The position numbers and the translations under genes were made by a program. A stretch of DNA of 64,000 nt, taken from Podarcis gaigeae. Lineage: Eukaryota. Of this stretch, positions 1 through 13,635 are shown in pieces. The first letter of the stretch is position 1; each line of letters opens with the position of its first letter. Under the pieces are notes generated by a model that was given only the letters and a program-made list of their open reading frames with translations, had not been told where the DNA came from and did no database searches. Location: NCBI GenBank assembly GCA_964106915.2, contig OZ066915.1; one strand, written 5' to 3'.

Positions 1-3000
1 AAAGGCTTTCTATTGGGGGGAAATAAAAAATGTTTACATCTTGAGTCATCTTAAATTTTCTGACATGGAACATAAGAATTAAGTTGTGGATCACTTGTAG
101 CTGGGGCTTGCTGCTGGCTGATTTGAGACTCAGTATGTTGGTCTGTTAGTGCTTTTCCTATTTAACATTAGTTAGCAGGGTGCTTTATGCTGTAAGGACA
201 CTGGATAGGATCACTGAATTTCTTAGCCATGAAACTTTGAGATGGAGTGTTAAGAGATGCTGTGTCTCTCAAGCATGATGCTAGAGATGGCCCCCACTTC
301 TCTTGTTGTCAGGTTGGCAAAGAATAGGCAAAACGAATATTGAACATATAGAAAAAGAAAGCAGACTGAGATGAAAGAACCACAGGGCAGGTGATAACCA
401 GATGTTGGACTACAGCTCAGCCAGCATGACCCGTGGTCTAAGACTATTTGACTTGCACAGCTAATGATCAGCAGACAAAACTAACCAAGTTACAGTTGTG
501 TTGGTGAGGATTCTTTGCTTCCAAACTTAATTTATCCCATTTGTACTGATCAGTAAGCATTGATACACTACACTACCTATTTATGTATATGTCCTGCTCC
601 CAATTCCTAATTACTTAGATTGGTTTCTATGTTCCATGGAAGCAGTGAAAGGAGTTGTATGTTCCCCGTAATTTCAGAACTTTTACAAAGAGTGGGTGCG
701 CATTTCTGCCACTTCATTAGGATAAATATACATACAACTTTTTTGTTCAGTAAACAGGGCATGTGGAAGGACATTTTGCTCATACAACCTTTTTTCTCTC
801 TCTTACCACTTCTGTGAATTAGCCAACATGGCCTTTAATGAAATAGCTACGAGTTGGGAGTCTTTCCCTTTCTCCTTTTCTTTCTGTTGCACATTGTGTA
901 AAGTTTGTCCCAGGTTCAGCACACAAGCATAGGGGTTCCCAAATTTTGGCTTGGCTTGAATTCTCTTGAAAGGATGGCTGGTTTCTTCCCATTCCTGGGA
1001 AGCTTCTGCAGAAGGCAATAGCACTGGGATGGGTTTTTGTATAAAAGGAAGGGAGAGCCTCCTTTCGCTTCCTCCACATTCTGCCTGCAGAAAAGGAGGT
1101 TAGTTCTCTTTCATGGCCAGGGCTTTTGCTTGAAGGGAGTCACTTGTTGCTGCTGAGGAGATAAATTAATTTATGGTCCCCTGCACATGCATAAAAAGGC
1201 AGAACATTATGCCCTCTAGAAAAGCGGCCTTCCTAGATGCCAGGGGTCATACAGCAAACCTGGAAGAGATTGTATTGTACAGGATCTGAACCAAGAATGT
1301 CGTATCTGATTAGACAATCTCTCTTTTAAACAAAAAAACAACAACACTTTTTGGCAGATTCACAGAACTTATTCAGCACAAGGAAGCACATTTACATGTT
1401 GCTTGCAGGAGAAAGGACTTGGCTAAATAGAATACTATGGGCGGTATTCAATTAAATCCTTTGGCTAGCACCTCAACGTTCTAGAAATTCGTTGGGGATT
1501 TTTTATTTTCCTTTTCCTTTCGTAGCTTTATTTAGAAAATATTATAATGCTCATGGTTGACGGTTGTTCAGAAACTGAGTTAAAGAACACAAGGAAAGGG
1601 TGCTTTTTTCATTACATTAAAAAGGTCTTTCTGAACTCTATAGTGATGGAAAGGCAGAAGTTGTTTCTGTGTTTCATGGGATTCAAAGCAGAGCTTCCTG
1701 TTGCAACCTGTAGTTAATGTTAAGTTAAGGATGGTCGGATAGAACAGGTGCTCATTAATACCTCTAGGCTACACGTACAGGTGACTGCATTTTAAAAAAG
1801 AATGCTGAAACTCAACAAGTGAATCTGGATTCTGTCAGTTTTCCATGTACAATATATGCAACCTGCTAGTCACATAGCAATTCTTTTAATTTGAAAACTT
1901 GTGTTTATGATAATGTTTTTGGTTATGTCAAATTGGTTATGTATATCTTTACCACCACATAAAAAGTTAATGGTACTTTTTCAATTTTGATAATAGGAGT
2001 GTGAATTGTTTTGAAATGAACTGTGAATGTTTGAACAGTTGATTTGAGTATAACATTATTTTGAGAGGATATCACAGAGAGGCTTATCCTGGGTTAAGAT
2101 CATTTGTTGGTCTGGATACATTGCCAAGTTCAAAATAGCTAATAGCATATATTACCAAAAAAGAAAAGAAAAGAACTACACAAGCCTGGGCAAATTCATG
2201 TACATAATATATCTCAGATTTTATTTCTGTCCATCGTTCCAGCACAAAATGTGTGCATGTACACACACATTTTGACAGTGTCTTAGATAAAGGCAGTCAT
2301 TCTTCTTAGTGGGCAACAACAGAATGGACTAGAGAATAAAACTTGTACTGTATGTCATGATATGTGAGAGCCAGGCCTCCAAAGCAGCTTAATTGAGCCA
2401 GCATACCTTGCTTAGCTGCTGAATGTGTTCTGGGTTATCCTAACAGCAGACCCAAAGATTCCTCAGTACTCACCCTGCCTTATTTTCCTCTGATCCTTTG
2501 AACTGTCAACTGCCCATATCCTGGTGTCAGAAATTTTGTGGTACTCCTGACTAGTTATATTTGCTTAAGGCTTAAAATGCATTGCTCAGAGTACACCTAG
2601 TAAAATCCTCAGAGTTGAGTTACTGGAGTTTATTCTCCCATTATGACCCAGCCTCCCTGACCATGAGAAAATCTTCTTTCATTGGTTACAGGCAATAACC
2701 ATACCAAAAGTGACACATGTTGATAAACTCTATGGCCATGTTTGGATATTTTGCTATACCATGGCTTAATGCAATGGAAATGAGCTTAGCCACCTCCCAA
2801 CCTTGGGAATCTTTGCACTTTCAGTCCTGTTATCTGAAGGGGGGAAAAAACTATGGCTGACATTAATTATGGCTAGTTTAAAAGAAGCCACCTTCAAAAC
2901 ATGGTTTCTGAAGCAGGCTTGTTTAACTAATCATACTTTATATTTAACCATAGTTTCCAGTTGGAATGATGTAGGAAGCCGTGCTTTTGCTAAAAGCAGA

Positions 3001-3228
3001 AGTGAAAGCTTCTGAATTGCCACTCTTGTATATATGGGAGGAGAAGAGGGGAGGGGAGATTGCTTAAGCATTGGGGGGGGGGGGGGGAATAACCATGCCA
3101 CACTAAACCATTGTTTAACCATTGTTTAAGATGAGTTCCATGTATGGCCTACATAATCAACAACTTTATTATGACATGGAATTGCTTCTTCAGATGCCTA
3201 ACCTTTTCTTGAAGTACAAAACGTAGTA

Positions 3229-3432
3229 CAGTGGTACCTCAGGTTACAGACGCTTCAGGTTACAGACTCCGCTAACCCAGCAATAGTATCTCGGGTTAAG
3301 AACTTTGCTTCAGGATAAGAACAGAAATCGCATGGTGGCAGTGGGAGTCCCCAATGGCTAAAGTGGTACCTCAGTTTCAGGTTAAGAACAGACCTCCAGA
3401 ACGAATTAAATTCTTAACCCAAGGTACCACTG
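3229..3432. mobile_element. Tc1/mariner (Tigger/pogo-like) MITE
   Basis: TIR CAGTGGTACCT...AGGTACCACTG, TA target duplication; same family as 25373 and 43973. Confidence 0.9.
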
Positions 3433-3912
3433 TAGCTCCTGCCTGACACCTTTCATCTGTGTTTCCCAAGATGAAGAATCGTGTAATGATCAATAGAGCT
3501 TTTCTTTCTACACTTGTTAGAAAAACCAACATTTCCCCCTGGTTTTATTTAAGTCTGAAGTGGAAAGTACATCGTAAACAGTAATATCAGTAGCAGTAAT
3601 GTTTAATCTCCACAAGAAAAAATTTACAGCAGATTTTCAAAAACTGCCTCCAGGGGCTTTTTTGTGTTCTTGTATAACCAGTTAAATCCATTTTTTTCCA
3701 CCAGTTTATTCAACACACTTGGGAACAAGTTAAACTACATTTTTAAAGACAGTTTTAGTGCTGTCAGGTTGTTTTATTTTCTTTCACCAAACAAAAAAGA
3801 GAATACCAAACTTTTGGTCCTGCGATGTGGTTTTCCCTTGTAGGGTAATTTTGTGCCTCTTAAAAGCAGTTTCTTCGTCCTCCTTAGAGGACGTGTTTTT
3901 CATCTTAGGCAC

Positions 3913-4163
3913 TTATTATCATTATTATTATCATTATTATCATTATTATCATCACCATTATCATTATTATTAATTTTACACCCCATCTTTCATCCAGGGA
4001 CCTGAAGGTGGCACGCCCTTCCCATTTATCCTCACAACAGCCCTGTTAGGTATGTTAAGCTGAGCAGCAGTGACTGCCCCAAGGCCGCCCAGTCCTGCCT
4101 GAGTGGGGATTTGAACCCCGATCTCCCAGGCCGTAGTGTGACACTCTAACCACTGCTCCACAC
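3913..4163 (-). mobile_element. tRNA-derived SINE (MIR/Squam-like) with (ATT/ATC)n tail
   Basis: Box-B-like ggattTGAACcc, core atcctcacaacagccctg, simple-repeat tail at 3913-3973. Confidence 0.65.
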
Positions 4164-5062
4164 AGCTAAAAACGACTTTTTCCAATACTGAATTAGTACT
4201 AGCCCTGTTCTGTGACAATAAAGCATTATTCTGCACCAGTGCAAATAACAGATCTGTGGCAGCTGATTCTATTCAAGCCTTTTCCAATTTTCTGCTATTG
4301 TCTTTCCTGCTGGTCGGAAGAGTTGGGGGAGATTACTTATCCTTGAAAAGGACTGTCTTTGCATCAAATTTTGAGTGCACTGTTACATGTTAAAAATATT
4401 ACATGTGTCATGAAGAACTCCTCTACACTATGTGAAACCATAGGCATTTGCTGGTTCATACTCGTAAGCCATGTGATGCAAAGGATCAAAGCCATGTGAT
4501 CTCTAAAGTTACTACAAGCTAACACCTTAAAAAAGTAGGACCACAGGGAATAATGCAAGAGTACAGTGATTTGTATTAATTCCCAGACATGAATGCTCGA
4601 CTTAATGGTGTCAAAGTTGATAGAGAGGCTAATAAAACAAAAACAAAAAACCTTGATATACAGTGCTTTCAAGTCTCAAAAGTGCTTCACATAGTTGCAG
4701 TCAATAGGACAGCGGTATTACCCCTTCATTTCAGATGTGAGGACTGTGAGAGGGCAGCTTGCCTAAGGCTGTCTATTGAGATCATTGCATAGGTGGGATT
4801 CCAACCAGAGATTTTCCAGTTTGTGGCTTAAACTGCAATCCTAACTCCACCTACCTGGTAGTAAGCTCCACTGAATTTGGTGGGAAGAAGGCATTGTACA
4901 GTCGGATTGCACTGTGAAGTCTCTGAGCCACTATACCACATCACACCACATCTCTGTGAGGAAGTTCCCAATTTTAATTGAACACATTACAAGCCTGTGT
5001 TGTGTACTTTCTGTGTTTTGTGTTGTGCTGGCATCATCTGCCTTGAGAGACAGTGGAGTGTG

Positions 5063-5065
<3 letters not shown>

Positions 5066-5098
<33 letters not shown>
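5066..5098. repeat. (GT)n microsatellite
   Basis: seen directly. Confidence 0.95.
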
Positions 5099-5100
<2 letters not shown>

Positions 5101-5747
5101 GGTGGACAAACTAGCCTAGAAGGGGCATGAAGTGTCCCCCATCAGAATGTGTACCTCCTAAAACAGAAATACTTGAAGCTTATGCCTCTCCCCCCCCTCC
5201 CCGGCCCTCACCTGTTCACCACAGAAAGAAGGGGAAGTATAAGAGTTAAGTGACTTTTATTTCCCCTGCAGGCTGTTATTTCTGTAGGCTACAGCAGTTG
5301 ATTAAATTACATACTGTTCAGTAAGCAGTATGTTTGAACTATATTACCTGACTGGCAGATGCCAAGAGAAAGCCTTGTAGGGAAACCTGTGCGGTTGGTA
5401 GGTTTTGGCATCGGACCATTGGAACTGTGTGAAAGGTTTAATTTAGAAGCTTCCTCAGCCTCGCCAAAAAAGAAAAAGAAAAGAAAAACTGTAAGACCGT
5501 AGGGTTGCTGTTTAGTGTATTTGCTGTTGTCTTGTCCTTGGTTTCATTGTGTTACACACCCCTTATATAATTTCAACCTTTTGTGCACGATTCCTTAAAA
5601 TTAGAATGAAATACAGGGGGTGGTTTGAAAGCCAGTTATTACATTTTTTTTATTGCTATCTAGTTCCTCTTTAGCAATAATAATAATAATAATAATGGCA
5701 CATTCTATTTCTTTTTTATTGCTATCTAATTCCTCTTTGAGTTACAC

Positions 5748-5825
5748 TGGTGGCACTGTGGTCTAAACATAAGAAGGTTGTCAGTGCCAATCCCCGCGAC
5801 GGGGTGAGCTCCCAGAGTCGTCCCG
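5748..5825 (+). mobile_element. Internally deleted Sauria SINE fragment
   Basis: ggtggcactgtggtctaaac...aatccccgcgacggggtgagctccc matches the full copies in this window. Confidence 0.6.
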
Positions 5826-6905
5826 ATCAATAGTAGGAAATCCATGGACCATATCCTGCCCACCAGGCTGTTGCAAGTAGCCCACCAGCCCCTGGCAAGA
5901 TTTGGGGGCCTCTTCACTCCATCTCAGCATTGGGCTAAGAAGAGAGATTTGAACCTTAGCTCTGCACCGTAATTGGCAATATGAAATGCTTTCTTTGATC
6001 TGCCCTGAGTCAGCTTCAGATCAGGCTCATTATAAAGCAGTTTTGCACATTGAACTGATAAATAATAATAAGTGTATGCTTTTGAGGAAACGAGAAGTTA
6101 CCAGTTTGATTTGATGAGAAAATTTGAACAGATACTTAGCTCGCATTAAAATGAACCAGATCCAAAAGTACTTAACTTTGGCCAAACTGTGCACTACATG
6201 CGTCTAGCAACTATTAGAGCAGGAATGGGGAACTGGATGTGGATTGTAGGCCTGAGCATCATCTCTCCCACCGCTTACAGACCATGTGACCTTTTTTGCT
6301 GGTATGGCTCTTGCACCAACAATCAATTGATCTTTACATTTTCACAAGCAAAGTGCTATCTGTAAAGTTTTGCAGCGCTGCCAGTCAGCTCATTGGTGGT
6401 GTCTGCAACACCACACCCCCCACCTTTTGGTTTGGCCAAGTCTCGCCAACACCAGTAGAAGGTGGGTCAAGTGCAGAATATGCTAACTGCATCTCAAGAG
6501 GGAGCAAGATGTACTCTGCTTGAGGAAGGGAGTTAAGTGAAGACTCTCTTATGCAATAAAACTAGACAGATGATAGGCTAGAAAGAAAGGTTCTTCAGTC
6601 AAACTTTAATCTTAATGTTATTGTAGCATTAGAATTTTATCTGTGTTGAGATAACTGTAAATATTGTTTGAATCATTTAATCAGTAAATACAGCATGCAG
6701 CCCAATCTACTGCATGTTAACAGACACTGAGTTCAGTGGGGCTCACTCCCAAGGACTTCTGAGTAATAATGCTTTGGCTTGCAATGCAAAAGGCTCTTAA
6801 CTCTTGTATGGACATGTGGGAATCAGAAATACAAACCTTGGTTGAATGCCATTAACTTCTTTTTAATGGCATTTACATGGATTTGGCAGGTTTCAAGATA
6901 CAGTG

Positions 6906-6968
6906 GATAGAATATATTGTGTGTCTATTCTGAAATGATAGAATATATTGTGTGTCTATTCTGAAATG
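6906..6968. repeat. Perfect 31-bp tandem duplication
   Basis: gatagaatatattgtgtgtctattctgaaat x2. Confidence 0.95.
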
Positions 6969-7545
6969 TAAACAAAACACAAGACAAAGCATTGAGATAT
7001 CACAATAAACAATGGTTTACCATGATGTCTGAACGCAGCCACTGAGTCAATTCTTGGGTAATCTTGACTTCTGAGATCAGGTTTTCTGATTGTTTTAATG
7101 ATTTTTCTTGTTTTAGCCATCATTGAAAAGCTACCTTTGTAAAGAATAGAAACTCAAAGCATATTGTCCCCTGAAGGTGTAGTTGTTTTCCATCCAGGTC
7201 TGAGCTGCCTTGTAGAAAGCCCAGGTACTGCTAGCTGAGCTTCCATGCTATTCTACATAAGCACTCATTCAGACCTTCAACATATAGGAAAAATAGGCTC
7301 AGGAAAGCTCCCCTATCCCTTGCAGCAATGCTTGGAATTTCTCAATTAGAAAACAAAAACAACACAATTTTATTTCAATGATTATGTGCACTTCATCCCT
7401 TCCAGCACCTGAATGAGCGTTTCCCACTTGTTGACGTGTTTGTTGCTGCAGTTTTTGTTTAAGTTTCCCTCTAATAGCAAGGCAGTTCTTCACACCTTCT
7501 TCCTCCATTTTGTTTGTACTGTCTCTCCCCACTGATGCAGGATGA

Positions 7546-7857
<312 letters not shown>

Positions 7858-10800
7858 TAAGTTACTACAGTGAAATGCTTGGTTTATCTGTTTCATATAG
7901 ATGGGGCAGATTTCAGAAAATGAACTATGGAATAAATTTGCATTTCAGTAGTGCTTACAAGTCAATACAGTATAAACAAAAACAGTCCCCTACCACTTTC
8001 AAAATAATTTGGTAAAACTGGAACCTGTTATTGTTACATGTCTGTCTCGGAAATCATGTTATTCTACCATTGAATGAATGTATCTAGTCTGCTCTGCTTG
8101 TGTGTTTTTTTTAATTGTTTTTTGGGTTTATGATGTTTTAAATTTATATTGTATTATATTTGGGGGGCGGTTGTTTTATTTTTCCTTACCTTTGTATACT
8201 ACTCTGGTGTCTTTGTAGATGAAAAGTTGCCTAGGAAGCATTTGTAATAAGTAAATGTTATTCTTCTGGGGGCAATTTTTAAAAGTTTTTGATCATGCAC
8301 GTCAACTCTGTGAGAAACATCATTTTTTGCTTCTTTTGAATACTTAAAGAAGAATTCACCCCAAGCGATCTTAGCTGAAGAAATGTTACAAGATCTCCAA
8401 TCAATGGAACGTGTGTTTACACAGTTGTTATGTAATCAATTTTTTAGCCAGAGTCTAAAGATATTGGTGGCAACTTGGTGTTTAGCTACAAATCTTCCAT
8501 CTAGGCAGTTCACTAGTTGAAAATACTTCAACATCCTATTTCTGAGAAATACATTTCTTCTAATGAGGCCCTAAAGCTGTGTGTTTATCTGTCTTTTCCT
8601 CCCGGAATAATGTAGTGTGGGAGCAATGAAGCTCTATGCTGAGAATCAGGAACTTTCACAGGATGACACACAGTTTCACCTGTATTAGCACACCTTGGTT
8701 TACAGCCAGAAACACTAATCATATGCCTTTACTTTCTTGTCTCTTCAGTTCTAACTTTAGGTGTGTCACTCATTCTGACTGAGAAGAGTCATATATTTAG
8801 CCAGAAACAAATTCTGCTACCTTTCAAAATTGAATAATTCGGTATCTTGAAATAGGCTGAACTTCATTGTATAGTTCGCATGTAACTCTCTCTGAAAGTA
8901 AACTTAAGGGATATAGGCATGGAGATGGGCTTAATTTGTACAGTTATTGAGATCTATTGTGTCCCTTCAAGATTTTGCAACGTATTAATCTTGCAAATGT
9001 CCTCATGCCTTCTTGCCTCAGCTATTAATTGGAAGAAATATTGCAGTGCACATCAGGTCATAGAATAGTACACCTGCAATTTTTAATCTGCTGCTCATGT
9101 ACAGTATGCAACATTTTACTGAAATAATTCTTTCATGGTTACATGATGTGATCTTCTAGGACTTTGCATTCTGTGGCAGCAGTTCTGTGTCATAGTAAGC
9201 TGCTGTTGCTTCATTTCTCCCCTAGGGTGAGCAGCAGCAACAAACCATAATCCCTGGTTTAGCATACACTGGAACCAGGGATTTGAAGCAAAGGTTTGTT
9301 TGAGCAAAACAAATAATGAATCCTCAGTCTGGACATATCCCTAAGCCAGGATCATGTACTGTTGCTCCTACTTGCACTCGGGCAAGAACAAAGTGTTACT
9401 GATCTCTGTACTTGTGGGAAAAAGGAAATTGTAGACAGGTAAAATTCAGAAATGCTGCTTTCCCCAATCTGGCGCCCTCCAGTTGTTTTGGTTAATCAAT
9501 TTAGGCTGTTCCTTATAATCATGCCGTAATTGAAAATCAGTATCTTTTCACTAAGCAGTTGTATACCAAATAGCATAATGTTTTTTGAAATGCTGCTGCG
9601 CAGGAAGCTAGGTTTGTTGTATGCTGGGTTTCTATAAATCTTAAAAGATCCTTAAAAATTATGTTTAGTTGAATCACTAGATAATTGTATTGTTGTGTTG
9701 CTAATGAAAAGGGGTCTACTGTTGTGAAGACATGAATGCTCTTCCTTTACTTACGCTTGAGAACAGTACTAACCCGCAGCTCAGAAGAAATTGATGACAC
9801 TGTGGGAGTGCAGGCAGTTTAGTCTTCCCTGGAGTAGTGCCTGGTGAAAAGAAAAGAAAGGTGTGGCTCTTAGGTAAATGGAGCCACTTGACTCTGGGGC
9901 AAGATTAGCCTGCAGAATCAGGAAATATGAATATTGCTCAGAGCTACATCTTGTGCTCTGATGAAATGTTGAGAATAACCTGTACATGAGGAATATAATT
10001 TGTTGTCTGACTAGTTCGTGTTAAAAGTAATATCTGTTACATATTGGGTAACATATTTGCACTCTCAGACTCCATTTTTCACAACGTGTGTGTCTGGCTT
10101 TTGTTGCAGAAATAAGGATTTGTGGCAGTAGTTCAGTGAGGCCTTTTAACATTGCGTCTCTTCTTGCCTACTCATAGTTCTGTCATAATGACTTTGGCAT
10201 TGCTTTTGACCCCAGTGGCTCCTTTGTACACCCAAATTAGCAAACCTGTAAAGATCATGACTGTCTCCAAGAGCAAATGAGGGCAAGTGTGCTTCCACTT
10301 GGCAAACTGTAATGTGAGTGGTTACCAACAAAGAGAAACAGAGAACCTTCTGTTCAAGGATTAATACCAGAAATGGTGTTAATACTCGCTGTAACTGATG
10401 GTGAGTTTGGTGCCCAACAGGATTGCTCTTTTTCAGGGGCTTCGGCCAGCATGGAGACTTGCATGATACCTTTAAAAAAAATTCTCACCCTTCCAAAACC
10501 ACTTCCACTATTAGAGCTCAGAATTGAGACTGGCTGGTTGCCAGCATTGAACCTGAGCATTTTATTGCTGCATAGCCTGAGAAGCAACATGTGCATCTCC
10601 TGATGCTAATGTACACTTCCAGGATAATATGAATGGTGCTAAATGAATGATCGGGATCAAGCAGGCCAGCTCCCTCTTTCTCCATGTTCCTCTTCATCTG
10701 TCATCTTTGGCATTCCAGGGTTCAGCTGTCCTTAACCATAAAACTAAACACAGAATAATCAAATATATTCATTTCCGTAAATATATACCCTACTGTTCTT

Positions 10801-12164
10801 CTCAAACCAAGTCCATATAATAGAAACAGCAGTGATTCCTAAAAAGAGGAAATAACCTTCACTGAAACCACAGCAAAGCAGTAAATATAAAACCCAGCTA
10901 TCCCAAAGGTGTTTTGTTTTTGTTTTTTTGAAAAGCCATGTGTTTGCCTAAACACCTGTGTCAAGAGTCAGATAAGCCTCCTTGGGTTGGGCATTTCTTA
11001 AGACTCACGCTACCACAGAGAAGGTTCTGCAACTTGTGGACACCCACACAGCACATAAATTCTTCTCAGTAGGGAAGACAGAAATGTTTCTCACTTCCTT
11101 CTTTTTGTGTAGCAAGGCAGTGCCTGGCTTGGAAAACCACACCTAGTCCTGCCTCTTCTTTTGTCAGAATAGTGGAGGTGAAGGAAGTAGGGGGTCAGGA
11201 CCGAAACTTTCGATTGCTTGCCCTGCCCTGCCTTTTAAACTTCTTGGGGCTTAAATATACAAAATGGAAACAGTGACACCAACTTTTGTTTAGTGAAAGG
11301 GTGTGCAACTAAACAGATTGCAGTGGAAAGTGGGCAGATTTTCCTGGCTTTGAATGTTACTGTGTTCAGTAGCAGTGGCACCTAATTTACAAGCTAGAAG
11401 GCTATTTAACTTACATATCTAATTTTTATGAAATAATCTGCATCATCATGTACAAGCTCCTTGCTGACTGAACTACATTAGATACCCAGATATTTAGCTT
11501 CACAGTATGAACCCAAATTTCCATGACTTTTTGTTCACTGTGTTCCATCCAAGAGTCATAGTACTATGAGCTCCAGGACCTTGATTTAGTGAAATTTAAG
11601 ATGGCTGTCTTAGATTTACTTCCGCATCCATGAAAATTAGATTTGTTGGAAAAATGTTTTTCAGTAATATGATATTTACCCACAAACAGCATTCATTGCC
11701 AACCCTCATTGTGGAGGTTTCAGTATACCTTTTTTGTCTCTTGAGTTATGCAAAGCAAATATAATGTCATAACAAAAGTTTTAATATGCTTTAGGATACT
11801 ACATAAGAAGTATCATTGACACTTGAAAGAGTGAGCCATTCTTTGCCATACCTGTTGGAAATCAGATGCAATTAACTCCTGATATGTCAAAACATGTTTT
11901 ATTCCTTTCTTGTGAAAGAAATCCCACTTTGGCTGTTCCATTATGTTGGGAAATCCTGGTGGAGTCTCATGTAAACTCCCTTAATAGAAGGGAGGTGATA
12001 GCTTAATCAGATGCTGTAAGCATGGGTTCATGGTGTAATTGCTTATTAGTGCATCACAATGCTTTCCTTGCGTGACTATGAACCTTCTGCCTGGTATTGT
12101 GGATTTTGTGGAGAGCCCACCTCCCCTTCTTGCCCCTAATTATAGTACCTGCTTAATGACCAAG

Positions 12165-12490
12165 AGGACGCAGGTGGCGCTGTGGGTTAAACCACAGAGC
12201 CTAGGACTTGCCGATTAGAAAGTCAGCAGTTTGAATCCCCACAACGGGGTGAGCTCCCATTGCTCGGTCCCTGCTCCTGCCAACCTAGCAGTTCGAAAGA
12301 AGGAAGGTAAACGGGAAGGTAAATGGCGTTTCCCTACGCTGCTCTGGTTTGCCAGAAGCGGCTTAGTCATGCTGGCCACATGACTTGGAAGCTGTACTCC
12401 GGCTCCCTCGGCCAATAGAGCGAGATGAGCACCGCAACCCCAGAGTCGGTCATGACTGGACCTAATGGTCAGGGGTCCCTTTGCCTTTAC
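12165..12490 (+). mobile_element. Sauria SINE
   Basis: Head ggtggcgctgtgggttaaacc, (ccttta) tail, 13-bp TSD cttaatgaccaag. Confidence 0.92.
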
Positions 12491-13181
12491 CTTAATGACC
12501 AAGTGCCATTTTGACTTAATAAACAATACAAAAGATAACATAGTACTAGGCAATTCCACAACAGGCAGAAACCTAGTCCTCTCCCTCAATATTTGAAGAA
12601 CTAGTAAAAAAAGATTTCTTGGCTCTGTTAACCAGCATCTAAAATAGGACCTAATGGGTTGGTGGTGATTGCAGGCTACAAATTGTCACTTCTCTGCATC
12701 TGGGCCTCCTTTCATGATGACCAAAGGCAGGCTAGAAACTATTTGCTCTGGTCTACCCAGTGCAAAAGTTGCTGACCTTGCTATAAGCAGTGAGGTTCCA
12801 CAGAGGGTTGGGATGTCCTAGCTGTCCTGGTGATGATCCCTCAGATCAGGTTGCCTCTGGTCATGTCACTTGTGAACATCTCCCTGCCCCACACTGCGGG
12901 TACAAAGGGGAGTTTCCGTCCAGCCAGAGGGAGATTAAGTATGCTTGCCAAGGTTATTAATAAATGTTGTACAGCATTGTAGAATAGACCCTGCTAATTA
13001 CATTGTGGCCCATTTCTTCATTGTTGCTGTAGTGTGCCTTAAACTATGTAATGAGATTTGTATATCCAGGCAGATCTCAGTCAAATAGTGGTGGTGCCCC
13101 CAGAATATGGAAAGTACAGAAAATACAGAATACAGGAAATATTCTTCCAAGGAACTTTAAGTACATAAAGCTGTAGCCTCT

Positions 13182-13313
13182 GGGTTGTATACAGCTAAGT
13201 AATACTCAAGAGTAGACCTATCAATATTAATGAACCTAAGTCAACGTTAAGTTAGTCATGTCCATTAGCTTCAGTGTATTTACGCTGCATAGGAGTAGCA
13301 TTGGATACAACCC
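13182..13313. mobile_element. Short palindromic non-autonomous DNA element
   Basis: Terminal gggttgtat...atacaaccc; related pieces at ~18050-18142 and ~56095-56220. Confidence 0.55.
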
Positions 13314-13577
13314 TTGAGTGGTGTACATTATGGCTACAAAGGATACAATAATGAAAAATGAAGCAGAAGATAAAAAAAAAAACTTGCTCAAAATGTCTGC
13401 TGAATGAAAAGTTTGTCACCAAGCACCAGAGGTTCAACAGGGAAGGGGGGCTGCCTGATCTCAGCTACTCATGATAATGAATGCCTGACTTTGCAGTGGC
13501 CTGAGTGTTAAAAAAAAATACACTGAAATTCTTACGATTGTCAATTACTCTTATATATTCCTTCTTTCTGTCTTCAG

Positions 13578-13635
13578 TGCCCTGGTTATAACTGCTATAT
13601 TTGACCGTGATATTAATTGCAGAAGAGCTGCCTCG
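13578..13635 (+). CDS. TBCD: TBCD exon (~ex15, 58 nt)
   Basis: ttcag|T GCC...TCG|gtaag; ALVITAIFDRDINCRRAAS. Confidence 0.96.

Noticed and set aside
5100-5500. Possible internal promoter or alternative first exon (gtataagag, NFI-like tggcagatgcca, donor-like ACT|gtaaga)
   Set aside because: The motifs are too short to support without expression or conservation data.
12165-12260. tRNA-like A/B boxes
   Set aside because: These are SINE heads, not tRNA genes; no rRNA or tRNA gene was seen.
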